Assembly: GCA_964270895.1 (NCBI GenBank)
Contig: OZ185439.1
Strand: one strand, 5' to 3'
DNA: 64,000 bases
From: Podarcis filfolensis
Taxonomy: Eukaryota
In this document: positions 1-12,590 of the stretch, one piece after another
How positions within the stretch are numbered: position 1 is the stretch's first letter
Layout of the letters: each line of letters begins with the position of its first letter
The notes under the pieces: model-generated
Seen by the model: only the letters and a program-made list of their open reading frames with translations
Told to the model about the DNA's origin: nothing
Database searches by the model: none
Program-made: the position numbers and the translations under genes

Positions 1-760
1 ACAGACAAAATCCTCTCACAAACACGTTTAAAATGGCATTTAATCAGCCAAAGGCCTGGTAATGAGAACTCGCTAAGGGAGAAGCTAAGCCGGGGATCCA
101 TCCGGACGGCTCAGCACAGGGCCTCCCCGGGAGGCCGGAGGCGTAAGCCTGCCAGGATCCGGCCAGGCGCGCTCCGGAGTCGGTCGGCGCTTTATCCCTC
201 AGCCCCGGCCTCGTCGCGGAGCCGCCTCCCCCCCGCCCCCCCGGGTCCCGGCCCCTCACAACCTCGCGCCTCAAAAGAGATCGGCCCGGCCTCGCGCTTA
301 CCTCAACCGGCTGTCCCCGCTCCTGCTGGTCGTCGGGCCGCCGCTGGCGCCGGCTTCCGCTTCCTGTGCCCGCCGCCGCCGCTCACCGGAAAGGCCCCTC
401 CACGTCCGCTCCGCTCTCCCTCACAGCTTGCCACGTCCTCACTTCGCTCGCGGCCTTTGCTGCACTCCGCTGCAACAGGGACCCGGATGCTGCTCGGCGA
501 CCATAGAGGCGCGCGGGAGAGAGAGCGCGAGCGAGCCAGGGAAGAGGAGGAGGGAAAAGGAAATGGGCCATCGCGGTCTTCCGTGACGCGCTTCCGGTCA
601 AGATGGCGGCTTTTCTGCTGCCTCAGGGGCCGCGTTCGCTTAAATCACCCAAGTCCTCGGGGGCTGTGGCGCCCGACTGGGCCCCGGTTGTGATATCGTC
701 GTAGGATGGTGCTGTCCACTGTAGCAAACGGGAGGCTAGTTTTCCCTGACGTGGTAGTAC
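1..760. promoter_or_regulatory. CpG island, probable bidirectional housekeeping-type promoter
   Basis: Very GC/CpG-rich versus the rest of the window. Contains ETS-type CTTCCGG (591-597), YY1 consensus CAAGATGGCGGC (599-610) and a CRE-like GTGACG. Confidence 0.85.
302..600 (-). other. SEC24C: Non-coding first exon(s) of a minus-strand gene, probably SEC24C; 5' ends uncertain
   Basis: Two minus-strand donors: GAG|GTAAG (exon ends 302) and CCG|GTGAG (exon ends 387). The name rests only on recalled amniote synteny (SEC24C head-to-head with SYNPO2L); no coding sequence is in the window. Confidence 0.5.
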
Positions 761-2640
761 TTAAGACTGTAGTTGGGGGGTATATTTATTTATTTATGCT
801 TATTAATTTCGTCGCTTGATAGGGGGGCGGGACAATAACCTCAGTTGTTTACAAAAAGATGAAATAACAAAATCAAGAAAAATTCACAACCATACTTTAA
901 AACATACATTTTTTTATTTTTAATTAAAATTACCTCAACTTTCTGAGCATCTGGGAAGTCTTGGCTGAGCAGTGATGTTTTCAGCATACACCGACAAAAC
1001 CAGAGTGCAGCTACCTTCTTGATCTCAATAGGCAGGGAGTTCCAAAGTGCAGGTGTGACCCTCCTATCCATCCTGCAAAAGCCCCTGTACTTCGTACGTA
1101 GCAGAGGAAGCCAACTTTGAACCTTCATTCCTTTTTATTTCATTATTTAGTTATTAAATTCATATGCCACCCTTCATCAGTTTACAGTATATAAAACCAC
1201 AAATATATGTCGCATCATAACCATACCCCACCACACAAATAGTTTAAAAGGCCATAGATTGTTTAATTAGCCAATGGCCTGGGAGAAGAATAATGTTTTC
1301 ACCTGGCACTGAGAGATACATAATGAAGGTGCCAAGTGAGCCTCCCTGGGAAGAGTTAAGCATCCCTACATCTTCAGACATACCTGGCAAAGAGTGAGTC
1401 TGTGGACTATCCTTTCAAAGCCTTCAAAGTTAAGTTTGTTGACAACAAAGATTGATGCTGGAGGGACAATTGTGAATGGTTAAAGCTAGGTTAAGAATTC
1501 TGCTGTGGCAGCAGTGGCCCAGCTTTCCTGCTGATCTGTGCTATTTTGATGCTGTGCTGCCTGTCCAGCAGAGAGATCTGGTGTGTTTCACTTTCAAGAC
1601 CACATTAGAAAAGAAAAAAGGCAAGTTTTGTAGCTGGCCAGTGCCAAAGGTGATTCAACAGGTTGCAGTTGTTGGGGCTGCCTATTGCATACATACAGGA
1701 ATCTTATTCAGAAGTGTTTCATAATTGGAATCCACATCTGACTCTGAAATGGTACAGCTGCCCCAAAGGTTATCCCATCAAGTGAATTTGTGCATGGGGC
1801 CACCAATTCTACAGGTCATAAGGCTTCTTCCTCTCCTAGTGTGCTATAAATCTGTTTAAATTCATCATTAATACTCAGATGAGTAACACTTGATTTCCCG
1901 TCCCCTGATTGTGTAATGCCTATGATTTGCAGCTGAATGTATTCATTTATTTTTACTCTACCAGAAGTCTTGACGCACAGGAATTTATTTTTTAATTATA
2001 GTGCATTAAGCTCAATTGTGAATTACACACTAAAGTAAACAAAAAATATGGGTTTATGGCTAGAGAACCTAACAGTATAAATTCTGGCTGTGGGAAAGAG
2101 GGAGGGAGGGGAGGAATATGATACAGATGTTATCTCTGTAATGTTTAATTCCCAATAGCTCATTCGCACATACAAATCACTTATAAAACATTGTAATAAT
2201 GTTTTAAGTTCTCTTCAATGCATGAACCAGTATATCCAGTTTGGTCTGAGTAAATAACAGGTGAACCTGGATTGCGAAGCTTTCATCGGATTTCAAACTC
2301 AGCCATGATTTTACTATACAGTATATAGCTGTAATCCTATAAAACATAGAGGAAGTCCAATTGAACATAATACAACTTCACTAAGCCAAACATTTCTAAA
2401 CAGGCAGTTATAGGAGTGCAGTGTGAACTTCTGTAAAATGTGGGAGGAGCAATGTGACCTGCTTCACTGCTGTGCTGAGCAAATTAGTGGGAAGAGGCAG
2501 GATTGGACACATGGATTACTGGGGAAAGCTGCAGCAAAAGGGTGGTTGTGCCATGCAGGCGGTAGACTATTGATCCATGCAGTGCTCCTCTGATTGGCTC
2601 AGATTTGATTGGAGAAGCTCAGCCCTTTCCTAGTACTGTA

Positions 2641-2862
2641 CAGTGGTACCTCAGGTTACAGACGCTTCAGGTTACAGACCCGGCCAACCCAGAAGTAGTA
2701 CCCGGAAAAACTTTGCTTCAGGATGAGAACAGAAATTGCGCGGCGGTGGTGTGACGGCAGCAGGAGGCCCCATTAGCTAAAGTGGTACCTCAGGTTAAGA
2801 ACAGTTTCAGGTTAAGAACAGACCTCCAGAACGAATTAAGTTCTTAACCTGAGTTACCACTG
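2641..2862 (+). mobile_element. Tc1/mariner (Tigger/pogo-like) MITE, internally deleted copy
   Basis: CAGTGGTACCTCAGGTTA terminal inverted repeats, flanked by TA; same family at 32000 and 62686. Confidence 0.8.
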
Positions 2863-3554
2863 TATGGGGCTATACCCTGCATTTGAATCTGGCACCTCCA
2901 GCATGTAAAACATACAACTCTTCCTGCCTTGTTTGTGCAGAGGGGAGAAGACAAATTCCCCATCATGTGTATAATTGCTGTCTGTTGCTATAGCTAGGTG
3001 ATTAGGAAACTGCTTTGTAGTGTGTGCAGGTACTGAGGGTAGTATGCAATGTAGTACTACGACAATCCTCCCTTTTCTTCTCTTCCCATGTGCTGTTCTG
3101 AGAGTTCTTCTGAACACCGCCCCAAGCCAATTATGGGAATTGTGGGGGTGCACAAGGGAGAAGAGAGGGGAACCCCACTGCTCAAACAGAAATCATTGCA
3201 CAGGGCTTCTGCTGATGGGGCTTGTTAGGTGAATTCCACCCAAAACAGTTCCCTCTCTTTTGCCTCTGACATGACTTTTTGTTTGGTCTTGTTTTGTTTG
3301 CCAGGCATGGAAGAGGTGAGTGGAAACATTTTCCTTCTGGTGAGGCTTAAAGTACTACGTTAACAATAACAGCAGCAGCAGCAGAACACATAAGGTTCTT
3401 CCATGTGTGAGTACTATGTGGGCATCAACACATTCTACTAGTTCCTTCCACAGGGGAATGTCTTCTAGAACACCAGGGGCATATCTGTCATTTCTGTATT
3501 TTCTGGTTGTGTAATTTCCTCATCTCTGCCCAGGGTGAGAATATACTTGATATG

Positions 3555-3920
3555 TGAAATATAGAGTCGCAAAGTGATTTCATGCTCTTTATTCAGCTCA
3601 TAGTGGTGAGGAGGAATTAATGAATGTCCCCTCAAAGTATCTGCTTTATATACATTATTTACACAATGGGCTGCACATGGTTGGCTAATTCCGGAATTCT
3701 ACTGTAAGCCAATCAGGTTGTGGATTCACTTCTATCTGGAGCATGATTGGGTGGTTCCTGCCAACCAATCATACTGCTGCATTGTTCTAGGACCAATCAG
3801 ACTGCTGCATTCTGAATCCTATTGTTCTAGGACCAATCAGACTGCTGCCTTTTGGATCCTATTGTTCTAGGACCAATCAGACTGCAGCAGTTTGGATCCT
3901 ATTCAACTCAGTACATAACA
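3555..3920 (-). mobile_element. Solo LTR (Gypsy-like)
   Basis: TG...CA ends, perfect 5-bp TSD ATATG (3550-3554 / 3921-3925), minus-strand TATATAAA (3645-3652) and AATAAA (3588-3593), 3x40-bp CCAAT repeat. Confidence 0.85.
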
Positions 3921-4020
3921 ATATGGTAGTTGCTCCACAAGCACAGAAGAGGCATATCTCTAGTTATAATGTGTTTATAGGTTTGCTTTGCTAGTTGGGG
4001 GGGCGGGTATTGACTTTACA

Positions 4021-4640
4021 TTTCCTTTTTTAAAAAATAATATTTATTAAAGTTTCAAAAAAGTTACAAAAATGAAAAATGAGAAAAGAAAAAAAATACA
4101 AAATACAAAAAATAGAAACAATTAAAAACAAATCAGTCTTTCCATATCTTGTCTTTCATTTACTTGTTTCCCTGACCTCCTCACACCTCCCTTTTTTGTA
4201 TTCTAGTTCAATAGTTGTTTCAGCAAATCCTTACCATTTTTGCTTTTATCTTAATAATTTATCTTAATATATTGTAACTTTACATTCTCACCTGTTAACA
4301 ATCCATTTTTACATACCCCTTTGTAGCATTACTGCTAAAACCACATAACTTCATTCCAGCATCCTTCTAACGTTCCTTAATTTTACAGTGTTTCTGTAGA
4401 TAGTCTTTAAATTTCTTCCAATCCTCTTCTACCGACTCTTCTCCCTGGTCTCGGATTCTGCCAGTCATTTCCGCCAATTCTATATAGTCCATCACCTTCA
4501 TCTGCCATTCTTCCAGAGTGGGTAAATCTTGTGTCTTCCAATGCTTTGCAATAATTGACTTTCCATTTCCAACATTTTTGTCATGTCGTCCAGTCATCAT
4601 GAAGGAATTTGTTAAAGATCAATTTGCGGCTGCTTCTCTG
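4021..4640 (-). mobile_element. L1/Tx1-type LINE 3' fragment
   Basis: Minus-strand ORF2 C-terminus-like peptide WQMKVMDYIELAEMTGRIRDQGEESVEEDWKKF followed by an A-rich tail. Confidence 0.7.
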
Positions 4641-5415
4641 AAATTTTATAATTCTGATATTGATTCAGGCATTTCAACCTATTCCTACATAATGATAGGC
4701 CTGGATTGTGCTATCAGTAGTTTTTGACCCTTTAAGCATAATCCAAATGGGAAATCCTTGTACACAGGCCCAACTGAAATAAATGGCAGCTCCCTTTCAT
4801 TTAACAGGCTTGCACAGGAGAACGTTTCATTGGATGGTATTCATTGCTTTGCATGAAAGAAATGAAGGTTGTTTTGGCTAAGGTGGCATAAACATCTGAA
4901 TGGTTTTGTGTGCATGTTGAAAAACACAAAGGGCAGCCTTCAGGAGCTTTGGAAATACCAAGTTTTATTGCAAAGCTTAAATCAAATCCTTCCCAGCTGG
5001 AAAAGTGTGAGACAAAGCTCTGGAAAGAGACAGGAGGAGAGCTATTTTCAGCCATGCTTTAGTGAAACATCCAGAGTCTATTGCGGGCCAGGAGGTGGGG
5101 GGAGCACAGAGGGTGAGATTGACAAGATGCATGTGCAAAATGACTCTGGCCTCTTACCAAAAGTGGAGTCAAAACGGCTGGTGATAGTCTGCTCAGCAGC
5201 TGGAGATCTAGAAGGGTATGGAGCATTGGTCTTGCAGGACTAACCTCTAAGGAGGAGGGGGAAAGGAAGTAGTGGGCTGTAGGACGGACTTGAGAAGGTT
5301 GATGCTCCTTGCCGCAATGGAAGAGGAAAGCACCATACCTTAAGAGTAAAAAAAGGTTTATTTTTATTTTCGAAAAGGACATTTGTCACCAAAGGAAAAA
5401 GACTGTGCTGAAAGC

Positions 5416-5523
5416 ATGGGAGCTGAAGAAGAAGAGGTCGTTGTCACTCTCTCTGGAGGGGCACCCTGGGGCTTCCGTTTGCAGGGGGGCTCTGAACAGA
5501 AAAGACCCCTTCAAGTGTCAAAG
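5416..5523 (+). CDS. SYNPO2L: Synaptopodin 2-like (CHAP) coding exon 1, PDZ N-half
   Basis: agcATGG start; MGAEEEEVVVTLSGGAPWGFRLQGGSEQKRPLQVSK resembles the SYNPO2L N-terminal PDZ; donor AAG|GTAGG; 108 nt, phase 0. Confidence 0.96.
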
Positions 5524-6845
5524 GTAGGAAAGGAATATATTCTAACCGTCTAAAGGTGAAGAAAGGCCAACGGTTTAATATGTGGTGAAACTTGTTTGAC
5601 TGCTTCGCTGCATTTAAATAAGTTTATTCTCAGAGCAGAAAGCATGCATTCAAACTACTTCCACCAGAATTGGAATGCCTGTCTTCATCCTTGGACTGTG
5701 TAGTTACCCGTTTTAATATACAGTAGCAAGGCTTATTTCCAAGGAAGCATGCATGGAATTGGACTTCAGGATAGTATTAGGCAACATATAACTTGTGAGG
5801 TTCATATAGTATTGTGGGCTGGTTTGTGTAGCCAGTGTTTTTGTTAGCATCTTTATTTTTAAGGTAAGCTTCTAATGCAATGGTTAACAGTGGCACATTT
5901 TAAAATGCAACTCATGGATTGAAAATTAGGCACTCAGTAAAATGAAGCCTAGATTCAATATGGTTTCAAGTATGGATGCAACATTTAAATGGTTAATCAG
6001 ATTAATCTATTTACAAATTTTCTGTTGACTAAAACAGTGTTCCTGATTAGTTGGGCAAGTACTTGTAAAAAGTGAAAATGACAAGCACCATCTTTGTTAA
6101 AAAATATTTTTTAATGACAAGCACTGTCTTAAAATGTTTCACCCTTTTCTCACATGAGAAAATGTCTAATGTGTGCACACATCATGTGAAAACAAAAGTA
6201 TATATTTTGCTTCGGAACTATTGTTCTACTCCATATGCACATTTATTCAACAATTGAATTAATTAATAAAGATTACATACATACAACTCTCTAGATACGA
6301 TGCTTTTTCAGATCTGAGGTTTGCTTAAACAAGGCAGGTGCATGTATCTCTCAATTGTTATTTGTCCCTTGTAGATTAATGAATATGTATGCAAATTGAT
6401 TGTGGGGCTTTGTCCCATGAAAATAGTCACATAAATTCTTCTCTGGTTTGGAACAAATTTCATGAACTTCTGGAAAGTCAGCTGCCTCTCTGTCTTTAAT
6501 AAATGCTGTATTGACCTATCATACATGAAACAACAGTTTCGATGGAATGATCTGATCATGCCCAGCAAGAGGGGAGGGTTCCTAAATGCAGGCTGCTGAA
6601 GTAAAGCCTTATAGTCTTTCTTGTGTGCAAGCTATCAATTTCTACCTATCTAATCTGTATGCATATGCTGCAATACTGCTAAAGGTAGCAGTGATTCATG
6701 TTGAAATAATGGAATATGTTAATCTTGTTTTATGTAAGTTGCATAACTTATAAAACTTTCAATCATGCCTAGTCATGATTGTTAGCTGGACACTGGGTAC
6801 CTTGCTATCTCCCACTGAGCAGCAAAATGTAATAGCCAATATAGT

Positions 6846-6890
<45 letters not shown>
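6846..6890 (+). repeat. (AGC)15 trinucleotide microsatellite
   Basis: Uninterrupted 45-nt CAG/AGC run in SYNPO2L intron 1. Confidence 0.95.
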
Positions 6891-6892
<2 letters not shown>

Positions 6893-9800
6893 TATTAGCA
6901 TAGTTTATTTTTTATATGCCACTGTTCTGCAAAATTGAGTTGTTTTAATTTTTTGATGTTTGTTGCTCTGGGCTCCTTTGGGAGGAAGATTGGGATAGAA
7001 AATTATCAAAATAAACAAATGTACTCATATACAGCATAACCAAATAAGCCATTAAATAAAATAATTAAAAATACAGTGTACAATATCTAAAAGCAAATAC
7101 AAACAACACTAAAATAAAAGTAACAAGGCTGAACAGTTTTGCACCTTAAAACTGGCAGTAATAAAACTAGGTGTTGCATTTTAAAAGGCTGTTGAAATAA
7201 ATGCATCTTCAGTTTCTATCAAAACAGACACACAAAGCAGAAGCCTGTGCAATTTCGATAGGGAGAGCATTCTTGAGTTGCACCCTGCCACAGAAAAAGC
7301 CTCATCTATTTTACACACATGATGAATGTCCCAAGATAGCACGCCTAGAACAGGACCTCTAGAGTTAATATTCAGTCCCAGGTGGGCCTATATGGGAGCA
7401 AGCAAGAGAGGAACAATAGAACATTAATTCATCTTTATTGATTGTCCAAAACTTCCTGCACTGTACAAACTTTAAGAAATTAACCAAGCAAACCACAGGA
7501 CTTATCACAGGACTGGAATTAGGTTACTGCTGTGCTGTTCAGATGGCCACCACATTGAATGGGTGCTAAGCTTGCAGTGCAGGGCAATGAGGGGGAAGGG
7601 ATAGTACAAAAAGCAGTGTAAAAATGACAGACATGCACCCAGCACCCCTAGACAGTTCACCAGTGCTCACAGTTGGGGGCTGTGACAGCACCCATGTGCC
7701 ACTGACGCATGAAGGAAGCCAATGAAGTCACGATGAGAGTATTTCCACAGCACACACCCATGCTTCACTACAAAAAACATGCAAGATGACACCATTCTCC
7801 CTCCAATGACCCCACTGACACAGCCCCTGTCGGTTTCCATACAGGGGTCCAAACCCCTTTATGCTCTTCGCAGCCACTGTTTTTGAGGACAGTACACAAC
7901 CAAAAGGAAGACTTGCAACACAGCACTCACATAGCTTAATGGGCACATATCGTCTCTGGGATATGGGTTCAAGAGCTGCTTGGGGATGGGAAAGAACCTT
8001 TCCCCAAGCACCCAAGGGAAGGGGGTGACGGGACACGCAGCAAGGGCAGCCACAGCTGCATACTGACAGCAACTTCCAGTGATTCACACTACCAGTGGGC
8101 ATAGTGTTGAGAAGCAGCGGGTGGCAGTTTAAGCCCCATTAGGGAGAAGGGAGGAACATTTACATATTTCTCATGCGGGGGGGGGGGGGGAGTTGAGGAC
8201 TCAAGCTCTACAGAGCAGATGCCTAACCACTCAGCCACAGCAGCAGATAGCATTCAGGTGCCAGGAGCAATGGGAGGGAAAGTCAGTAGTGAAGTCCTGG
8301 GAGGGAAAATGAACTGGTGTAAGGTTGTGCTGTTGATGGCTATGTGGCTGTGAATTAATGGGAAAAAGAACACAGCAGTGTGCTACTCCCTCATGCTGCC
8401 AACGTCTCTACCCTATTTCAGCCATTCTGCCAACACATCTTTTGCCAGTGCAGCAGCTCAGCTGGAGAAGGGTTCAGCCAACACTAGCTGCCACTGCATC
8501 CAAGATGATCCGCTGCTTTATCCGGGGTTCCACCGGGGTAGTAGGGCTTCTGCCAAATTCTACAGCCCTTCATCTGCCAGATCTTCAGGAAAGGGTTGTC
8601 GCCCCCAGATCAGTAGTTATCAGAAATTCAACATTCTTGGATGAATCGTTTAGCTCCTGCAATCATGCTATTGCAATTGTAGCCTCTATGCAGCTTCCAG
8701 AAATACCTGTGTTACTGGAAAATGGGATTAGGTTCCAGACCTAAATGCTTTGGTAGAAGTAAGCTGTTAAAGGGAATGAGACCTTTGTCAGTCTTTGAAG
8801 CTTTGGTGGCTAGTGATGGGATACTACATGCAGGCTGAAGAGCATATGTGCACCGCAAACTTAAGCAGGTCTTTCTGTATTGCCCTTGGGATTCTCCCTA
8901 GACCACATGCTGCACACAAAAACCCCTTGAGTCTTTTTGCCAGGACATAATGTATCCTTGAACACTCTTGCTTGCCTTGGGCAAGAGAGAGGAGTGTGTG
9001 AGTATGTAGAAACTCATCTGCACTGTATAGTTGTACCATGGCTTCCCCCAAATAATTGAATTCAATATAGTTGAAGTCATGGCTTCCCCCAAATAATTGT
9101 GGGAACTACAGCTTGTTAAGTGTCCTGAGAGTTGTTCGCAGGCCCCTATTCCCCTCACAGAGCTACAGTTCCCAGAATGGTTTAACAGTCAATCCCTCTT
9201 CCCAGGGAACCCTGGGAACTGTAACTGCAGGATTCCCTGGAGCAGAAAAGAAAGCTTGTGAAGTAGCAGCGTCAATTCTTTTTTCTTAATGATCTAGCCA
9301 GCTGCAGCATCACAGTTTTATGTGGTTGAGAAAATACCCTAGATGTGGGGTTACTTCCTCCCTAGAAGCATAGCCATGAGCGGAGAGGTGCCCATGTCTT
9401 CTCAAAGAGTGCAACTCTGTGGAATTGGGGGAAATGGAAAAGTCTGCACACAAGTTGGGCTGCTACTGACGTCAAGTCCTTTTGTCAATATCTAGTGTTT
9501 TGTATTTTATGTTGGGGTGATGTTGAACCCTGTGTGACTGAAGACTAGGGTTGGTCTCTTCCGTTAGGCCTCAGGCAGTGGATTTGAAATGTCACTGAAA
9601 GGCAGCAAACATTAGTTATTTAATTTATTGTATTTTACTCACAGGGAGACTCAGAGGTATTTGCTGTATTGGGGTGCATATTTGGGAGGCAAGGTAGCAT
9701 ATGTTGTTTTGCCCAAGGCAGCAAAATGCTTCGGGATAGCATTCTTAAAAGCAATGGAGAAACTGAGCAGTTTATATACCAATACTGAAACCATGCCTGA

Positions 9801-10369
9801 TTGCTTTGGGTCCAAATAATCCATCTCATCAAAGAGCACATGGAGTCACTGTGGTCTATCCAAATTTGAGCATTATTTAGCTTGTAATCCACTCTGCCCG
9901 CCTGCCTTCAAATTGGACCAAAGCAGTCAACACCCACACATATTTGAATTTGTTTATAAGAAGCAACTTCAGTTTCCCCCATTCATACCAAGAGACTTTC
10001 CCTTTTTCTAATTTGTTGGTTCTGTTACGCCAGTTAAGTACCAAACAGGGCATTTATACAGATTTGTGCCAGAAACAAATTTCTAAGGGCACAATACACT
10101 ATGAATTTCTATGTAAGCCCCATTGTGATGTATGTATGTATAAATCATCTTTTACATGTGAACAAGTGGAAATTCTAGTGTTGGTGGGACACAGTTGTTG
10201 AATACCATCCTGTGAACTTTGTTCAGTAACAGATTGGCAGCCAGTGTAAATTCTACAAACAAGGTGCTATATGCTGGCAGTAGTTTGTCCACATAAGCAA
10301 TCGAGTAGTTTTGCACTCCTGCAACTTTTTGACCAACCTCAAAGGTAGCCCCATATAGACTGCATTGCA

Positions 10370-10612
10370 CTACTCCAACTTTGAGGATACCAATGCATGG
10401 ACAACTGCATTGGTCAAGCTATCCCAGCCCAGGAACGGCCACATCTGTTTTACCAGCCCAAGCTGGTAATAGGCACTCCTAGCCACTGAAGACACCTGTG
10501 CCTCTAATGACAGAGCAGGAACCACAAGCACTCCCAAACTATGCACCTGCCTTTTCAAAAAGAGTGTGACCAAGAGCAGGCAACTTGCTGACTTCCTGGT
10601 TTTGGGAACCAC
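10370..10612 (-). mobile_element. L2 LINE RT C-terminal fragment
   Basis: Peptide QVHSLGVLVVPALSLEAQVSSVARSAYYQLGLVKQMWPFL...VHALVSSKLE; homologous to the 52.3-53.1 kb copy. Confidence 0.75.
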
Positions 10613-11019
10613 TCACCCACAGAGCCTCTGCCTTGCCAGGAGTCAGACTCAATTTATTAGTCCTCATTCAATTCACCACTGCATCCAGACACTGGTCCAG
10701 ACCTTTCTCAGCCATTCTCAATTCAGACACTACGGAGAAAGAATTGGATATTATCAGCATACTGTTGACACCTCAGTCCAAATCTCCAGATAACCACTCC
10801 CAGCAGCTTCATACGGATGTTAAATGGCTCTGGGCTTAACCTCAGATAACATGCTAACACTTCAACCCTATAAACCAGCAAGCTGCCTTTACTTGCTCTC
10901 TGTTCAAAAACATATGGCTGTTAACCAGAAGATTAGACTAAGCTATTAGGAGGGTCCCAGTCTGTGAACACCTATTCCTGCTGGGAGATTTTGATGCCAG
11001 AGTTGGAGAACATTGGGAT

Positions 11020-11410
11020 GGCAGGCTCCCCAAGGCTATGGGGAGCTGGCTTCAGGCACCAACCCTGCATTACAAAGATGTCTACAAACAGGACATGAAG
11101 ATTGGCAACATTAACCCCATCATGGAGGAATACCTTGCAGACGACCGCAGTGCCTGGAAACAGTCAGGTTGTGTATCCACAAAAGTGACTAGAGAAGGAA
11201 TGACCACTGGGAGGAGCACAGAAAGAAGAAACTATAGTGCATCTACAGCAGCAAAACCAGATGCCTTCATCTGCCCCAACTGCAGCAAAACATTTCTGCC
11301 ATAACAAGTCTTTACAGCCACAGCAGGCACTATAACTCTCCAATGGTTTGACTTGATCTCTGAAGGCACACTCTTCCATTGTCTCCTGAGACAGACGGAT
11401 GCCAACTAAC
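11020..11410 (+). mobile_element. RTE-clade LINE 3' end
   Basis: YKDVYKQDMK...LADDRSAWKQ and degenerate zinc-finger FICPNCSKT typical of RTE ORF ends. Confidence 0.65.
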
Positions 11411-12224
11411 CAAGCGGTGGTTTGAGCCCACCTAAGGACAGCTGTGGGTAGGATTCCTTCATTGTAGGTTGTTGATCTAAGGTCCCTTCCATCTCTACAG
11501 TTCTATGATTCTATGATTTTGTTATCCTGTCACAGAGAACCCAATGATGTATTCTCAAAAGCCTTTCATCTGGTGTATTTAAATTTTCTCCCATCAGCAG
11601 TTCTGAAAGGGAGGTTCCAGAAAATCCTTTATTGTCAACATAATTGTCTCTGTGAATCAGTCCGGTGAGGTAGTATCTGTAACTCACATCTTACGTACTG
11701 CACGTCTTATCATGATATACATAAGATTTTTATGGATCTCTTTTATCAGAAATTTCCAGGATGATTGGATTAAATTGGATTGTTAAATAATACTAGATTG
11801 CTTTTCTGCTTAAAACTGGACACTTAATGTGATCGTAACTACAAGACTGTGAGCTGTTTTGTGAAACCAACAGAAACTCCAGTTGGAAATGGGACATACG
11901 AACTTGCCGTGAGTGAATGGATTTTTAAACTCCACTCATTGTGGCAGCTGCTGGTTCTGCTGAATTAGCCTTTTGGAGGAGTCGGGTTATGATACTTGAC
12001 ATATCCTTTCCATTCCAGTGGAACAGCTGTTGCTTAATACCTTTTCTCCTCATCAGTGCATTACGGACACATGTATTCATCCTTCCCTGTTTAATTATGT
12101 TGCTGCTCTCTGGTCTTCCTGTAGGAAGAATTAGGATGTTTCTATATATTAGGATTTCTGGCAATAAATAGTATTTGTTTCTCATTTGTAATGCACAGTC
12201 CATACACTGGTTGAGCATCTGTTG

Positions 12225-12590
12225 TGAAGATAGTGGTATCACCCCTACCCCAGACCTTCCATATGTTCCTATTTTCCAGGGACATCCCTGATTTAGAGAC
12301 GCCATCCCGGTTTCTGATTTGATCCCAGAATGTCCCACTTTTCCTTAGGATGTCCCTATTTTCATTGGAGAAATGTTGGAGGGTATGGAGTTATCTAACC
12401 CCTGAGCCAATCCCATATAGGGAAGTTTTTTTTACTGTTTAATGTTTTATTGTGTTTTTATATATGTTGGAAGCTGCCCAGAGTGGCTGGGGCAACCCAG
12501 TAAGATGTGTGGGTTATAAATAGTAAAATTGTCATTTTGGAATAGGACGTCCCTATTTTCATTGGAGAAATATTGAAGGGTATGCCAGCC
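12225..12590. mobile_element. DNA-transposon-like remnant with an embedded L2 tail
   Basis: About 40-nt motif gtccctattttcattggagaaat(g/a)ttg(g/a)agggtatg is duplicated (near 12350 and 12548) around an L2 3' tail. Confidence 0.4.

Noticed and set aside
44-693. 72-78 aa ORFs in the CpG island
   Set aside because: Expected by chance in stop-poor GC-rich DNA; no homology recognised.
3781-3900. Regular 40-bp repeat resembling a CRISPR array
   Set aside because: No unique spacers; it is a tandem inside a eukaryotic LTR.
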